Source: Octopus vulgaris
Lineage: Eukaryota
NCBI GenBank assembly: GCA_951406725.2
Contig: OX597819.1
Span: 60,574,001-60,638,000, forward strand
Reading direction: 5' to 3'
DNA: 64,000 nucleotides
A program made the translations under genes and the position numbers. Positions 27,079 to 39,530 of this stretch are shown here, piece by piece (position 1 is the stretch's first letter; each line of letters opens with the position of its first letter). The notes below the pieces were generated by a model, which was given only the letters and a program-made list of their open reading frames with translations, did not search any database and had not been told where the DNA came from.

Positions 27079-27562
27079 GGTAGATTTTTTTCTCGCCCCT
27101 TATAATACATCCAATATTCTTTAAATAGTCAGAACTTTATTCTCGGTCACAAAGAACATCTACACACCCTCACCCACAGGAATGACTGCTGCCTGACCCG
27201 CTAAAATCTTCAACCACCGGTTCTCAACATACAAATAGAGAAACAGAGAGAGAGAGAGCTCTTAGGAGCCTAGAGAGTTTTGCTCCGCCTCTGTTCTGTT
27301 TTTTTTTTCCAACGGAGGAGAGAGAGAGATGGAGAGAGAGGGAGAGAAAACATAGAATTGAATGAAAAGGCACAGAGATAGCTGTGTGGTTTGAGAAATT
27401 TGCTCCCCAACGATGTGGCTTTGGGTTTATCCGCACCAACGCACGGTTGCAACACCATATGGTTGTACCTCCAACCGTGCTGTCTTCTGCTGTGATTTTT
27501 GCTACCAAGGTATCGGTTAAACTTTTGATTAATCTGCTACAAGATTATTCATCTTTCTATTT

Positions 27563-27647
<85 letters not shown>

Positions 27648-27650
<3 letters not shown>

Positions 27651-27879
27651 AGGGTGGGGTGCTGAAAAGTTTCTGATTTTGGTAAAAGAAAATACTTGGA
27701 GGATCAATTAATTATGATTTTATTCAACATACTCTTCTCTAAGATTCACACACTTTTTGCAGCAGTCCTTCAGTTTTCCTAAGCCTTGAAAAAGAACTTA
27801 AAAGGTTGGGCCTGGGCCTCCAACCAGGCCTCTTGTGATATCCTTAAAGCCAGGAACTTTTCAGCTCCCCCTCATGTAT
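27648..27879. mobile_element. Mariner-type MITE (same family as 23694-23915)
   Basis: Direct similarity plus TIRs; inserted into a (TA)n tract. Confidence 0.75.
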
Positions 27880-27940
27880 ACATGCATACATACATACATA
27901 CATATATATATATATGTATATATATGTATATATATGTATA

Positions 27941-27986
<46 letters not shown>

Positions 27987-28019
27987 TGTGTGTGTGTGTT
28001 TTGTGTGTGTGTGTGTGTG

Positions 28020-28066
<47 letters not shown>

Positions 28067-29344
28067 AAAGACGAAGACAGGCAGTGTACAAAACAAACAG
28101 ATGTATTAGTATAACGCTCAGGAATAGTAAAAGTCTTTTATGTTTTGAGCCTACGCTCTTCTACAGAAAGGGACACAGAAAAAAACAAGGAGGGAAACAA
28201 GGAGAGAAAAAAAAGGAGAGAAAAAAGAGAGAAAAAAGGAGAGAAAAAAGGAAAGAAAAAAGAGAGAAAAAAAATATTTGTGCATGTGTGTGTGTGTGCA
28301 TGTTTGTAAAGGAACTTAGAGACAACATCTTGTTAGCCCAGTTATGAGAAGTAAGCTTTGGCATATCAGGCAACTTGCCCTGAATTCTAACCAATTATAT
28401 TTCAGCTGTGATCATTTGCTTGTACATTGTCATTGGAATTTTCCATGGTTTTCCCACCATGCCTATAAATATAGAAGCACAGGACAATCAGAGAGAGAGA
28501 GAGAGAGGCACCTATGTTCCATGAGAAAACAGGTTTCTTGGTTGCTGCTCAACTCTGGGTCAAAAGGAATAATTCGTTCGCCATGAACATATAAGTTTCC
28601 CATCTCTTACAACATGGGTGGAGGCATGTGGCTTAGTGGTTAGAGTGGTGGACTCATGATTGTAAGATTGTGGTTTCGATTCCTGGATTGGGCGATGCAT
28701 TGTGTTCTTGAGCAAGACACTTCATTTCACCTTGCTGCAGTCCACTGAGATGACAAAAATGAGTAATCTTGTGATGGACCAGCATCCCATTCAGGTAGAG
28801 AATATATATCCATGGAAACCAGGAAATTAGCCCTATGGCCCAGGAAGGACTTTTACTTTATTACACAACAAGAATATATAGCTGTAAAATTCTTAGCTCA
28901 AAACAAAACACTTATTCATGTCTCTCGACTGGTAAACGATGATATATTGATCCCACTGATCAACTGGTACTTATTTTATCAACTCTGAAAGGCAAAGCTG
29001 ACCTCGGCAGAATTTGAACCCAGAATGTAAAGACAGATGAAATGCTACAAAGCATTTTGTCCAACATGCTAATGATTCTGCCATCTCACTGCCTTAACTA
29101 TTGTAGATATTGTAAAGCTTCTGTACTCATCAAAAATCTAAAATGAGCTTGGTTTTAATGTGGGTCACCCATCATCCCACTTATCCAAGCCTACACATTT
29201 ATGCCTCCTCATCTCCGTATCACGTAATAGCTGTAAATGAGTGTCACCTTCATACAAGTGGTCGTATATGTTTCCAATCTTTCATGAAAGCAAATCTGGT
29301 CATGGGGAAATATGAACTCGCTTGGAAACAGGTAAGGTTGGTGT

Positions 29345-29763
29345 CAGGGCTAGATTAAAACCCATAGAGGCCCTAAACACTTAAAAAATGTTGGTGCTCC
29401 CATTTATATATGTAATTCTAAATATAAATAATAATAAGTCATCAAATAAATTATTTTTCAAAATGAAACTAAACTAACAGTAAGATGGAAATAATGTTTA
29501 TTTTTGTATAGTTCCAATTTATATTTGAAAAGTTTTCTCCCAATGTTTTTTTAATAGCAAAGTCTTTGATCAAATCCTCAAAATTAATCTTACATAGCAT
29601 ACCTATAACTTCTATACTTAGTAGAGGTAAGGCATCCCGAATATTGTTTTAGCAAATTTAAAGTAATTTCTTTTGTGCTATAAGTCATTTACCATTTCTG
29701 TGGTGGTGCATCCCCTTACTGTGATGCCCTAAGTTCAAGCTTATTTTGTTTAATCCAGTACTG
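29345..29763 (-). mobile_element. hAT non-autonomous element with a perfect 8-bp TSD
   Basis: TSD gttggtgt at 29337-29344 and 29764-29771; cag...ctg ends. The internal minus-strand LLSIE....KINFEDLIKDFAIKK resembles the hAT C-terminal dimerisation region. Confidence 0.85.
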
Positions 29764-29781
29764 GTTGGTGTCAGAAAGGGC

Positions 29782-30203
29782 TCTTTACTCTTTTTATTCT
29801 CTTTTACTTGTTTCAGTCATGTGACTGTGGCCATGTTGGAGCACTGCCTTTAGTCGCGCAAATTGACCCTAGGACTTATCCTTTGTAAGCCTAGTACTTA
29901 TTCTATCGGTCTCTTTTGCTGAACCGCTAAGTTATGGGGACGTAAATGCACCACCATTGGTTGTCAAGCGATGTTGGGGAGACAAACACAGACACACAAA
30001 GATATACACACATGTACATATATATATATATACATATATAGGACGGGATTCTTTCAGTTTCCATCTACCAAATCCATTCACAAGGCTTTGGTCGGCCCAA
30101 GGCTATAGTAGAAGACACTTGGCCAAGGTGCCACGCAGTGGGACTGAACCCGGAACCATGTGGTTGGTAAGCAAGCTACTTACCACACAGCTACTCCTAG
30201 GCC
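29782..30203 (-). mobile_element. SINE S1 copy
   Basis: Similar to 1-415. Confidence 0.9.
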
Positions 30204-30807
30204 TATTAAACTTTTATGGGTTAATACTCTCACAATGTTCAAATGGTTTTACGATTTAGTTCTCTCCAAAAACCGAAGAGAATCTGTCAAACAGTTCTAC
30301 TTTTCTTTTTTCTTTTACATTTGCACTCCAAATAAAGTTTATTTTTAAAAAGATTAAAGTTTATTACATCAAGTGGTGCTAAAACCTGATAAAGATAAAG
30401 TCCAGAATCAGAAAAAATTTGATCTAATTGCAAAGTACTGTGACCTAAACGTCAGCTTAACATTTTTTTTTACTCCTATATAACGAAAGTTATTGACAGC
30501 TATAAGTTAAATTTAAAAGAAACTGGAAATTTTTTTAGAGAATGATAAACCTAGTAACTCGCTCGTTTCTATTACATAATATATAAGAAGAGATTGCTTG
30601 CTTTGTTGTCTGAAGTAAGGTTAGTTATGAAATCAGGAGTAAAATTATGTTTTTGTTATTAGATCACTTCGTAAAATATTACTAATATGTCATTTGTCTA
30701 ATTCAGAATATTACGATCAGAAATGTCCCTGTATGGTGCGTGCATGTGTGACAGACAACGTCAAAGAGAGCGCAAGAGGCAGAGACAGAGATAGAAAGAG
30801 AAGAGTG

Positions 30808-30893
<86 letters not shown>

Positions 30894-31592
30894 ATTTTCA
30901 TCGATAATTTTAGTATTTTCAGGGTCAGCAAAAACAAAAAACAAAGAACTTAAAAAACACAAGGACTCTCTGTTCAACTTAAACCTATTTTGCAGAGGCG
31001 TTCACATTAACGGGACGGTGTCGTCACATATATGAGACAGTGTTTCTCATATAAATGGGACAGATTCAGCTGCTACATATAAACATAAATTTAACAACGG
31101 TAGCTTACAATTTCTAGCTTGTAGAGGCGCTAGTTCTTTTCTTTGTCCCTTGTCCCGCTACTACAATAACCTCTGCTCACTTCGACTAGCTTGGAAACTC
31201 TGTATCTAGGACCAGCCGACAGTCCCGTTTTCCCCTTCTCTTTGATTGTTTTAAAACATGGAATACAGTATATGGGGGAGTGGAACCATCAGAAAGATTG
31301 AAAGTATAAAGAAAAAAGGGGTGAGGAAAAAGAGGAGAAAAAGCAGACAGATAGTATAGGCTAAGAGATAGGGAGAGAGAGAGAGCGGACGGGCCAAGAG
31401 AGGAAGAGAACATAATGGGAGATATTCCCAAAAGTTTATCTATATGCAGAAAACAGAGAGAGAAAGAGAAAGAGAGAGTGTGTATGTGTGTGTGAGATAG
31501 ATACATAAAAGTAAGGAATAGATAGAGACGTGCAGATAGAGAGAGAGAGGTGAGAGTGAGATGGGAGTGAGAAACTCAATGAATATGCTACA

Positions 31593-31734
31593 GGCAAGGA
31601 GTTGCCTCTATGACGACAATTGTGTTTAATATTAAGTAGGTGACAGTAACACAGAGGTCAGAAGTAATTCGCTTTCCGACACAGAAAAAGTTTCTCCCAT
31701 AAACATTCTAACTTTTAAGTTCTATTTAATAATC
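31593..31734 (+). promoter_or_regulatory. Conserved core-promoter/5'UTR block upstream of EFHD2 exon 1A
   Basis: The sequence aggagttgcctctatgacgacaat...ttaatattaagtag-gtgaca...acacaga...aagtaattcgctttccgac aligns with the block at about 53124-53216, upstream of copy B. Confidence 0.7.
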
Positions 31735-31901
31735 ATGGCTACAGATGAGCTGTCCAACCTGTTGACTCGTCGCAACAATATCAACGATGCTATCGACGCT
31801 GGTGACACCGTAGAGACGACGTCTAAAATTTTCAACCCTTATACGGAATTTAAAGAATTTACAAGACAAGAAATAAAGGAGCGGGAAAAATTATTTAATA
31901 A
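31735..31901 (+). CDS. EFHD2: First coding exon (copy A) of an EF-hand domain protein D2 / Swiprosin-1 homologue
   Basis: Translates to MATDELSNLLTRRNNINDAIDAGDTVETTSKIFNPYTEFKEFTRQEIKEREKLFN(K). MATDEL..L.RR and FNPYTEFKEF.R..IK..EK.F are hallmark EFHD1/EFHD2 motifs. Start context is aatcATGg, and the exon ends in phase 2 at a consensus AA|GTAAGT donor. Confidence 0.92.
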
Positions 31902-32151
31902 GTAAGTTTCGTTTTCTTTCGTTACAATCGTCGGTGCTTCATGTTTTTCAAAGTGTATATTAATCTTCTTAACCTTTTTGCCTGTTGACGATACGGTCCA
32001 CTATTGATTCATTATCGATATTGATTTCTGTTTCTCTCTCTCTCTCTTAATATATCTGTCTATGTAGGTGTATGTATGTATGTATGTATGTATGTATGTA
32101 TGTATGTATGTATGTATGTATGTATGTATGTATGTATGTATGTATGTATAG

Positions 32152-32184
<33 letters not shown>

Positions 32185-32854
32185 TTCGTATGAACCTGCA
32201 CAGTACAGTTTTAGGTAATCTAAGTGAGAGAAAGTCGGGGCTATAATTTAATGTCTATGTGAATTAAACAAACGGGAAGAATAGATCACAAATGTACATA
32301 AAGAAAAAGATGCCCCGACAAAACACCATGTTATGGCATTCCAGCTGTGACCACCCCGTCTTTTTGAGAGTACATCGTCATGATTCCTTTTTTTTTGTGT
32401 GTGTGTTTTCTTTTGCCTTTTAAAAGAGACAACAGGATTGTGACGAGAAGGCGATTTGTTGATATTTCCGAGAGACAGAGCAGCCGTATAGTATTTTTTA
32501 TTCAGGGAGGAGATGGTTAGTTTAACACTAACACATGGCTTTTGCATGTCTTGTTGCAGAATCAATTTTCTGCGAATTTTGGGACTGAGTACCAGTTTAA
32601 GGAATAAAACGATCTTCTGGTTTTGAGAGGGGAAAATTGTAAATGATTCCATTAAGGGAGCAGGCCACTTGCCCAGATGCATTCACGATGACCCCCTCGC
32701 AAAAGCTTCTATGTGGCCATATGGCTTGTTAGAAATAGCAGCCAAATCTCCATCAAATCAGATAGTCTTAGTTGGAATGCTTTTAATCATAAAGCTACTC
32801 GATCAGAGTTGATGTGGAGCTAAACAGCAGTTAAATTACATACCCCTTTTGCTC

Positions 32855-33150
32855 CCAGTTCATGACTGATGGATGCACCGACAAGCACAAGATTGCACGA
32901 GGGTCCATTTACGGACACTGACTTCCAGCTAGATTGTTTATAGACAAAACTTGCCAAAGGAATAATTATCAGGAAGTGCAAAGTTTCTTTTGATATCCTT
33001 ATCCCTTCTGTAAATGCTGGTCTTCGATACATGCAAACTTTTCTTGAGCTCCTAAGTACATTCCCTTCTTATTGGCCCTGCTTACAGGGATCAGATTGGT
33101 AGTTAATAACAAACCAAGAGTTACGAATTCCTCTTCCTTAATCCACGATC
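32855..33150 (-). mobile_element. Possible very degenerate Penelope-like fragment
   Basis: Weak motifs FVINYQS and IYRRDKDI resemble the PLE linker (PFVxTYHP ... AYRRxKNL). Confidence 0.3.
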
Positions 33151-34199
33151 AAAACCAACTACAGACATAAAAAATGTTACATTAGAATCCAGTTAAGGTC
33201 ACCAGACCAATGGTTCTTGACTTGGCGTGTAACGTCCCCTTGGGGCTACTCTGAACTCTCAAATATGCGGCCAATGTCAAGAGGGGCATTGTGGAGGGTA
33301 CTAGGTGTTTAGAGGGATCGTGATTTTTCTTTGGAAATATTTGAACTCGATATTTTATCTTTATCGGGATTAGAATATGAGTTGGATATTGTGTTAGCGG
33401 ATATATGACTTATGACGCACTGAGATCCGTTATAATTTTATTCTCTAAGTCACCGCTCTCTTTAGTAATTTATATAAAAAAATTTACATATGGGACAGCA
33501 GTCCATGCAAATATCCAGGAGGCGCATGCTGAATTGTATAGTATGTTAATAAACATTAATATGCTAAATAAACATTAACATGCTATCCAGTTGGATCGTG
33601 GTTAATAGATCACTGCACAAAATTAGCTTCTGTTCGATTAAATTTCCCCTCGCCCCCAAAATACAAACGAAGGTTACTGTAAAACAACATTTGGTTAAAA
33701 AGAGGTTCAGAGCTCTAAGAGGTTGTTGAATATTGTGTTAGAAATTCACTTTCTTTGCAAACATCTGTGGACTGCGGCCTAATCTAGAACTATCCACCCA
33801 TCATTTTCGACGTGCTAGAAATTGTAGCCTAGTCCCTTTCAAATACTATTCTATCTTCAAAAATGGTTATATGTATAACATAAACAACACCTCATGTTCC
33901 GTTCTAAACAGACTCTCTCGTGATCCATCTCATCCCTTCAGGTCACACAGCATACTATGAAAGAGAATGCCTGTGTGTTTATAGAAGCCACTCTCTTTAC
34001 CATTTACCCTTTCATCTGAATATCAACAAAAGTGACTTCCAGTTACTCTTAGCCCTGAGTGTCTTTTACTTATTGTTCATTAGTTTGACTTCTCCCTCCA
34101 CCGTATTCCAAAGTCCACCAGTCATCACCAAACTATTTGAACGAGTAATTCTTCAGTTTAATGTTTTTATCTCACGTTCTGTATTGAAAACATTTATCT

Positions 34200-34470
34200 A
34201 ATCTCATTAAATTCCTTGTTCGTAGTGAATTCAACTTAGGTATCTTCTAGCTCACGCAATAGTTCCCTGCCGGCGTTGCTGGTCCCGAGGCCGAATTGTT
34301 TATACTAGTCATCCACCCACGTCTATTGTATCCTTGACAAGCACAAATATTCTTGGTTTCATTCACACCGTAATGCTCAGTCTATCAAACCATCATTACC
34401 CCTGCGCCTAAATAAATCGTCCCATCATTATCTAATCAGGGCAACCTGCTTCACATCTTATCGCACAACA
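34200..34470 (-). mobile_element. Possible LINE APE-endonuclease remnant
   Basis: IMMG(DF-like) followed by FGLGTSNAGRELL, resembling the APE motif FGxGxxNxxGxxLL. Confidence 0.35.
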
Positions 34471-34780
34471 CACATGCACTTAACTGATGCTGAAGTTTCT
34501 CGACTGGCGTTCTGATTTTCACATTTCAGGTCTTCCCAGTTAGCGAAGGATGGAATTCAGAGTAGAAATTGTGAATTTTCAGCTGCAATTAAATATACCA
34601 TTCAACATTTTGTATAAAGTACTTTTGTTTTTCTCGCGTTTGAATGTATTAACTTGCGTCCATTCTGTCATCATACACAAACACACACATGCATACACTC
34701 TCAAGTACGTAGACAGGTATGTATAAATGTATGTATCAATGTGTATATGTGTGTGTGTGTATTAGAAGGAAATTTGTCTA

Positions 34781-36720
34781 GTTAATGTTTACAATATTAT
34801 CCGGAAGCTAAAACGAAAAAAGAAAAAAAAATTGTGCAACGTGTGTAAAAAATGTGTGTGAAACGAATATGAAAACAAAAACCAGCGCAAAGCAACGGAG
34901 TGAAGTGGGGAGAGGATTTTCGGAAAATTCACAAGATCCGAGTTTTTCCCCCGTAACTTTGAGGAAAACGGATATCTTTCAATGAAATCTTATATAAATA
35001 CCTTTCAAACGGCATACATTACGGTTATAAAGAAATTTGGGGGGAAAATCTTTTCCGATTGGGGTGAGGAGCGGACTTTCAAAGAGAAAGAAATTCATGA
35101 ATTATGTTTTTGCTTGAGTGTTATACAAAAAAGTTTGAAAAAAAAAAACTTAGATATATATAAACTTAAATATCCTGCCCGCAGCAATTATTTTTTCCAT
35201 GGTAGTGCTCCAGCATGACCACAGCCGCATGGCTGAAACGAGTAAAAGGGTAAAAAAAAAGAGTGTATATATATATATATATATATTGTTCGAGTCATAG
35301 AAAAAGGTTTTAAAAAAGATCCCATGTAACATGGTGAGAGAAACAAATTCATAAATATAGTGTTGAATATAGTTTTACAATAGAAAAAAGTTAAGGGCGA
35401 TTTAGCTGTTGTTTTTAGCATATCTCACGACCGTCTGATGCCTTCCTTATTTGTTTAATATTTTCGGTTAATTATTGCAAGTTCTCTCAGTCACCAATAA
35501 GCAAGTTAACAGGCCTAATGGGTGTAGGAAGATCTGTATTGAATATTTTAAAGTATAAGCCTTGCTGGGGTAAGAAGATTGTTTTACAGTATAAAAGCTG
35601 CGCCAAGGAGTTATTTGGTGAACGACATCGAGAACCGGTATACATACTTCGGTGTCATCAGGAACATGTGCATAGCCTTGCAGCCTCCAAAAGAAACTTA
35701 TGAAGTCGCTGGGTTGGCGGTGAGATGGTCCAAATGAAAAGTAGCTAGGTTTCATTCCAGGTCGCGAATTTTTTTCCCACGAGAGTTCCGGATTTCAGTT
35801 ATGAACTCATTTGCATACAGCCAATCAGACCTCAAATATCATTTATGAACGCATAACAAGTGATGGGCGATAAGATGAATTCACTTGGGTAAGGAATGAC
35901 CATGCTTCTTTTCTCTTTTAATAACGCTTGTTGTTCTTGTTCTTGTTTCAACCATGGCTGCCCCTGCGTAGTTGTGTTGTTGTTTACTTTGTAAAACAGT
36001 AAGGGGAGAGGGTTGCTAGCACATCACCCTCTACCCACATTTCTCCCATCCACATCTTTACCAAATGGAGTCCTAACAAAATCCGATAATAGGTATAGAT
36101 GCAAATCTATCTAATTACTTGTCTCCTTCTAAAATCAGGCATAACTTGGCGATCGGTTGATTTACAACACCACTCTTCGTCTAGAATTTACTTGGTAGAA
36201 TGTTTAACTTGGCAAGGTCAAGGGGAGCTCTGATTGGCTGTATGCAAATGAATTCATTACTAGAGTCCGGAACTCGCGTGGGAAAAAAAACTTCTCTTCT
36301 GGGTCGAACAATATATTTATTCAGGCTTCCTCATAAACGCTCAGTACTTAGAGTGTGAATAGAAAGGTATGCCGTTTGAAAGATATTTATATAAAATTTC
36401 ATTAAAAGTTATCCATTTTCCTCAAAGTTATGGGGGAAAAAATCGGATCTTGTGAATTTTCCGAAAGTCCTCCCCCATCCCTTTCAGAAAAGATTTCCCC
36501 CACAAATTTCTTTATAACCATAATGTATGCCGTTTGAAAGGTATTTACATACAATTTCACCAAAAATAAAACCCATTTTCCTGAAAGTTATGCTGGAAAA
36601 ACTCCATCCCGTTGCTTTGCGCGCATTTTTGTTTTCATCTTCATTTCGTACACATTTTTTTTACACCTGTTGCACTATTTTTTTAAATTTTCGTTTCCGA
36701 GTGATATTGTAAACATTAAC
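34781..36720. mobile_element. Long-TIR / foldback-like element with a nested inner inverted repeat
   Basis: Arms 34781-35080 and 36362-36720 are inverted and contain a ~158-bp subrepeat. Inner IR at 35769-35829 / 36229-36290. No TSD found. Confidence 0.75.
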
Positions 36721-37160
36721 CAAAGTTGGTTATTTATGGCTTTGTTACGTAATAAATGCGTTTCAAAATGTTAATAAGCGGGGGTGTTAAAACAAGCATT
36801 ATAATTATGTAGATTTTTGAGCTTGAGTCTACGCAGTAGAAGTATCAAATCTTTTTATATTTTTGCATTTAAATTGGGCAACAAGAGACTATTAAACTTG
36901 ATTAATTACATTAAGAAACATGTTCACCTACAGCAATGATATATATAAAAAAAGCGATTAGCTAGTTTGACACGATAGAGTTTTATCTTTCACAATCCAA
37001 ATCCCTACTTCTTAAGAACAGTAAAACTGAAAGTAACGATTTCGAGATTATAATGCATGCTAGGAAAAAACTACATTTGACACGGATTCTATCTAGATTC
37101 GACGTCACGTCCCAACTGGTTGAAGTGATGTGATAATGGTATCATGTAACAGCACAGAAG

Positions 37161-37931
37161 AGGTCCTACTAAAACGCGTCGTAGCACGCCGGATGGTTGA
37201 TCTTGATATATTAATATATTTCTAATAATCAGTTAAGACTTGTTTAAATTTCAGCACGCCATCGACTTGTCATAAGTCGGAAAATGTTTTCTGCACGCCA
37301 TAGACTTGTCATCAAGGCAGCGATGTTTCACCGAGAGAAAAACACAATAATTTGAGAATAATACAATTGTTTTTTTCTTGATAACGATTACAGAAGGTAC
37401 ACATGGCACACTTCTCACGCGCAGCCTGCAACACCACAAACGACAATCTTTTTAGCTACGAAGTTATGAAGATGACCGATCTCAAGGTTGTTCCGTTTCT
37501 GTCATAAACGGCCTAAAAGCGTACCCTTTATGAAAGTTTTTGGGAAATAAATCTCATCCATCCACCGACAACAATAGAAATTCGAAGCGGACACTTCGGT
37601 GCACGCTTGAGCATTTTCGGATGAAGATACGATGACGCGGAAACCGACGGAATAAAGAAACATATTGAAGATACCCGACAAGAACAACTGAGACGCCAAG
37701 CAGAGTGTGCAATACAACCACAGATGACCTGTTTTATTGTCGCGAACGCAAAAACAAAACAATTAAGCATTATCTACGGCGTTCACAAGTCTTAACTGAT
37801 TAGTAAAAATATATTAATATGTCAAGATCAACTCTCCGGCATGCTACGATGTACTTCGGCGTGCTACAACGGGCTCCGGCATGCTACGGCGTACTACGAC
37901 GTGCTCCGGGGTGTTTTCGTAGGTAGGACCC
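37161..37931. mobile_element. Mutator-like (MULE) non-autonomous element
   Basis: TIRs of about 80-150 bp (ggtcctac...gttgatcttga.atattaatatatt...aatcagttaagacttgt) and a 9-bp TSD gcacagaag / gcgcagaag. The right TIR has expanded 10-bp subrepeats. Confidence 0.85.
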
Positions 37932-38141
37932 GCGCAGAAGTATGCAATCTCGAATAATTATACATTTCAAATATACTTTGCAAGTAATTTACTCAACGTT
38001 CATAGAGATGTCAAATTAATTGTAAGCAACAAGCATAAATTAGACACATTAAGGAAATATTTTAAACCAAAAATATAACTGTAGTTACTACATTGTGTGT
38101 ACTTTAGATTTAACAACATACTTATATTAACCTATAAGAAA

Positions 38142-38296
38142 TACTAGCATAGCTAGAGTGTGTGTCGCTCGGGGCGGCCCTTCCGTTTGACGCCCCAGGA
38201 CCCCACAAAAAGCGCATATTACTTACAGCAATAGCCTACAACAGGATGAAAAGTGCCGCCCGGGCGGACTGCCCCTCTTCCCTGGCTACGCTAGTG
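38142..38296. mobile_element. hAT-type MITE
   Basis: TIR actagcatagctag / ctggctacgctagt; 8-bp TSD ataagaaa / atcagaaa. Confidence 0.7.
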
Positions 38297-38429
38297 ATCA
38301 GAAAGTCCAACGAAAACTCATGTCAATATAGGATCATGCTACTCATCCATAGGTCATAGGAATCTCAATAATATTCGTAGAATGATTTTCCTATTTTTTT
38401 CTCATCTTATCTCATTTCATTTCAGCTCA

Positions 38430-38820
38430 TCTTCTTCGTTCACCTAATCCTGAGAAGGTGGAAGTATCGTGAAGGCAGAGTCCTCAAGCACGTCTTCCAA
38501 CGTTTCCTGTCGGAAGCAACCATCTCAAGTTGATCCAACTGGATCCCCAAGCGAGACCAACAAAGCTCATGGATGTTATCTAACCATTTTGCTCGTGGTT
38601 TATCCCTGGGTCTCCTGCCAGTTGGTTTTGCCCGAAAAACCTGTCCAGCAATTCTTTCCCAATATATTCTTCCACATGCCCATAATATCGGAGCTGTGAT
38701 CTCTCATCTTAGAGAAGTAGCGGCTCTACCTGGAGTGCCTCTCTGGTCTCCGACTTACGCACTCAGTCGAGTAGCATCACTCGAAAGACCCGTCGGCGGA
38801 ACCACATCTTGGATGCTGGT
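38430..38820 (-). mobile_element. Degenerate RTE-clade LINE 3' fragment
   Basis: REALQVEPLLL...ERSQLRYYGHV...KPTGRRPRDKPRAKWLDNIHELCWSRLGI...DRKRWK. Confidence 0.8.
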
Positions 38821-39530
38821 AATAATTCCTCACCAGCTAAAGAATTCAAAAACAAAATTGCTTAGTCAGCTATCTGCGTCCAAACTAAGAAAAGGTACCA
38901 TTATATATGGTTCAAAACACACCTTTTCCCTTAATGCTGAATCTCATATTGTTAAAGTCTTTCTAAACATGCTAGATAAACATTTCCCAACTAATCATAA
39001 AAATAGAAAGATATTTAACAGATATAATTTTAAATTAAACTACAATTGTACTACATACACGAAGAGCATATCATACACACTCCTCCCCAATAACATCGAG
39101 GTCATACATATGCAAAAACTCCAAAGCATGTCCATTAGATTTATCTTGCAACCCAAAAGTAATCATATATGAAGCTTATGCTACTTCTATGAAACCAAAC
39201 CTTAACATGTCATGTAAACGATATATGAGCATAGCTGAGGGGTGCTCAAATAATGATATCACAATACTTTCTATTATAGATATCAATAATAAAAATCAAT
39301 AAAATTGGCTGACTGCCTGGCAACTAAAAGGAAAGTTTTCTGTTATGAAACTAGTGGAAATATTACTGAAAGATCAAAGTCTCACAAGAATGGAAATAGA
39401 TGTCATTTTTGCATTGCAAAGAAATACCTCATCCATAGAAATCTATATAGCTGATCTCTATTTGATCACTGTGTCAAAATTTTTCAAGAAGTGTAGACAC
39501 TCTGGGAAGTATCTATTATGTAATTATGTT
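38820..39530 (+). mobile_element. Penelope-like element remnant (linker + GIY-YIG)
   Basis: FSLN..SHIVKVFLNMLDKHFPTNHKNRKIFNR..KLNY.C, CPL..C..VIIYEA, C..C..KK and KCRH..KYLL motifs across frameshifts. Confidence 0.85.

Noticed and set aside
38573-39172. 199-aa ORF as a host gene
   Set aside because: A chimera of an antisense RTE fragment and a Penelope remnant.
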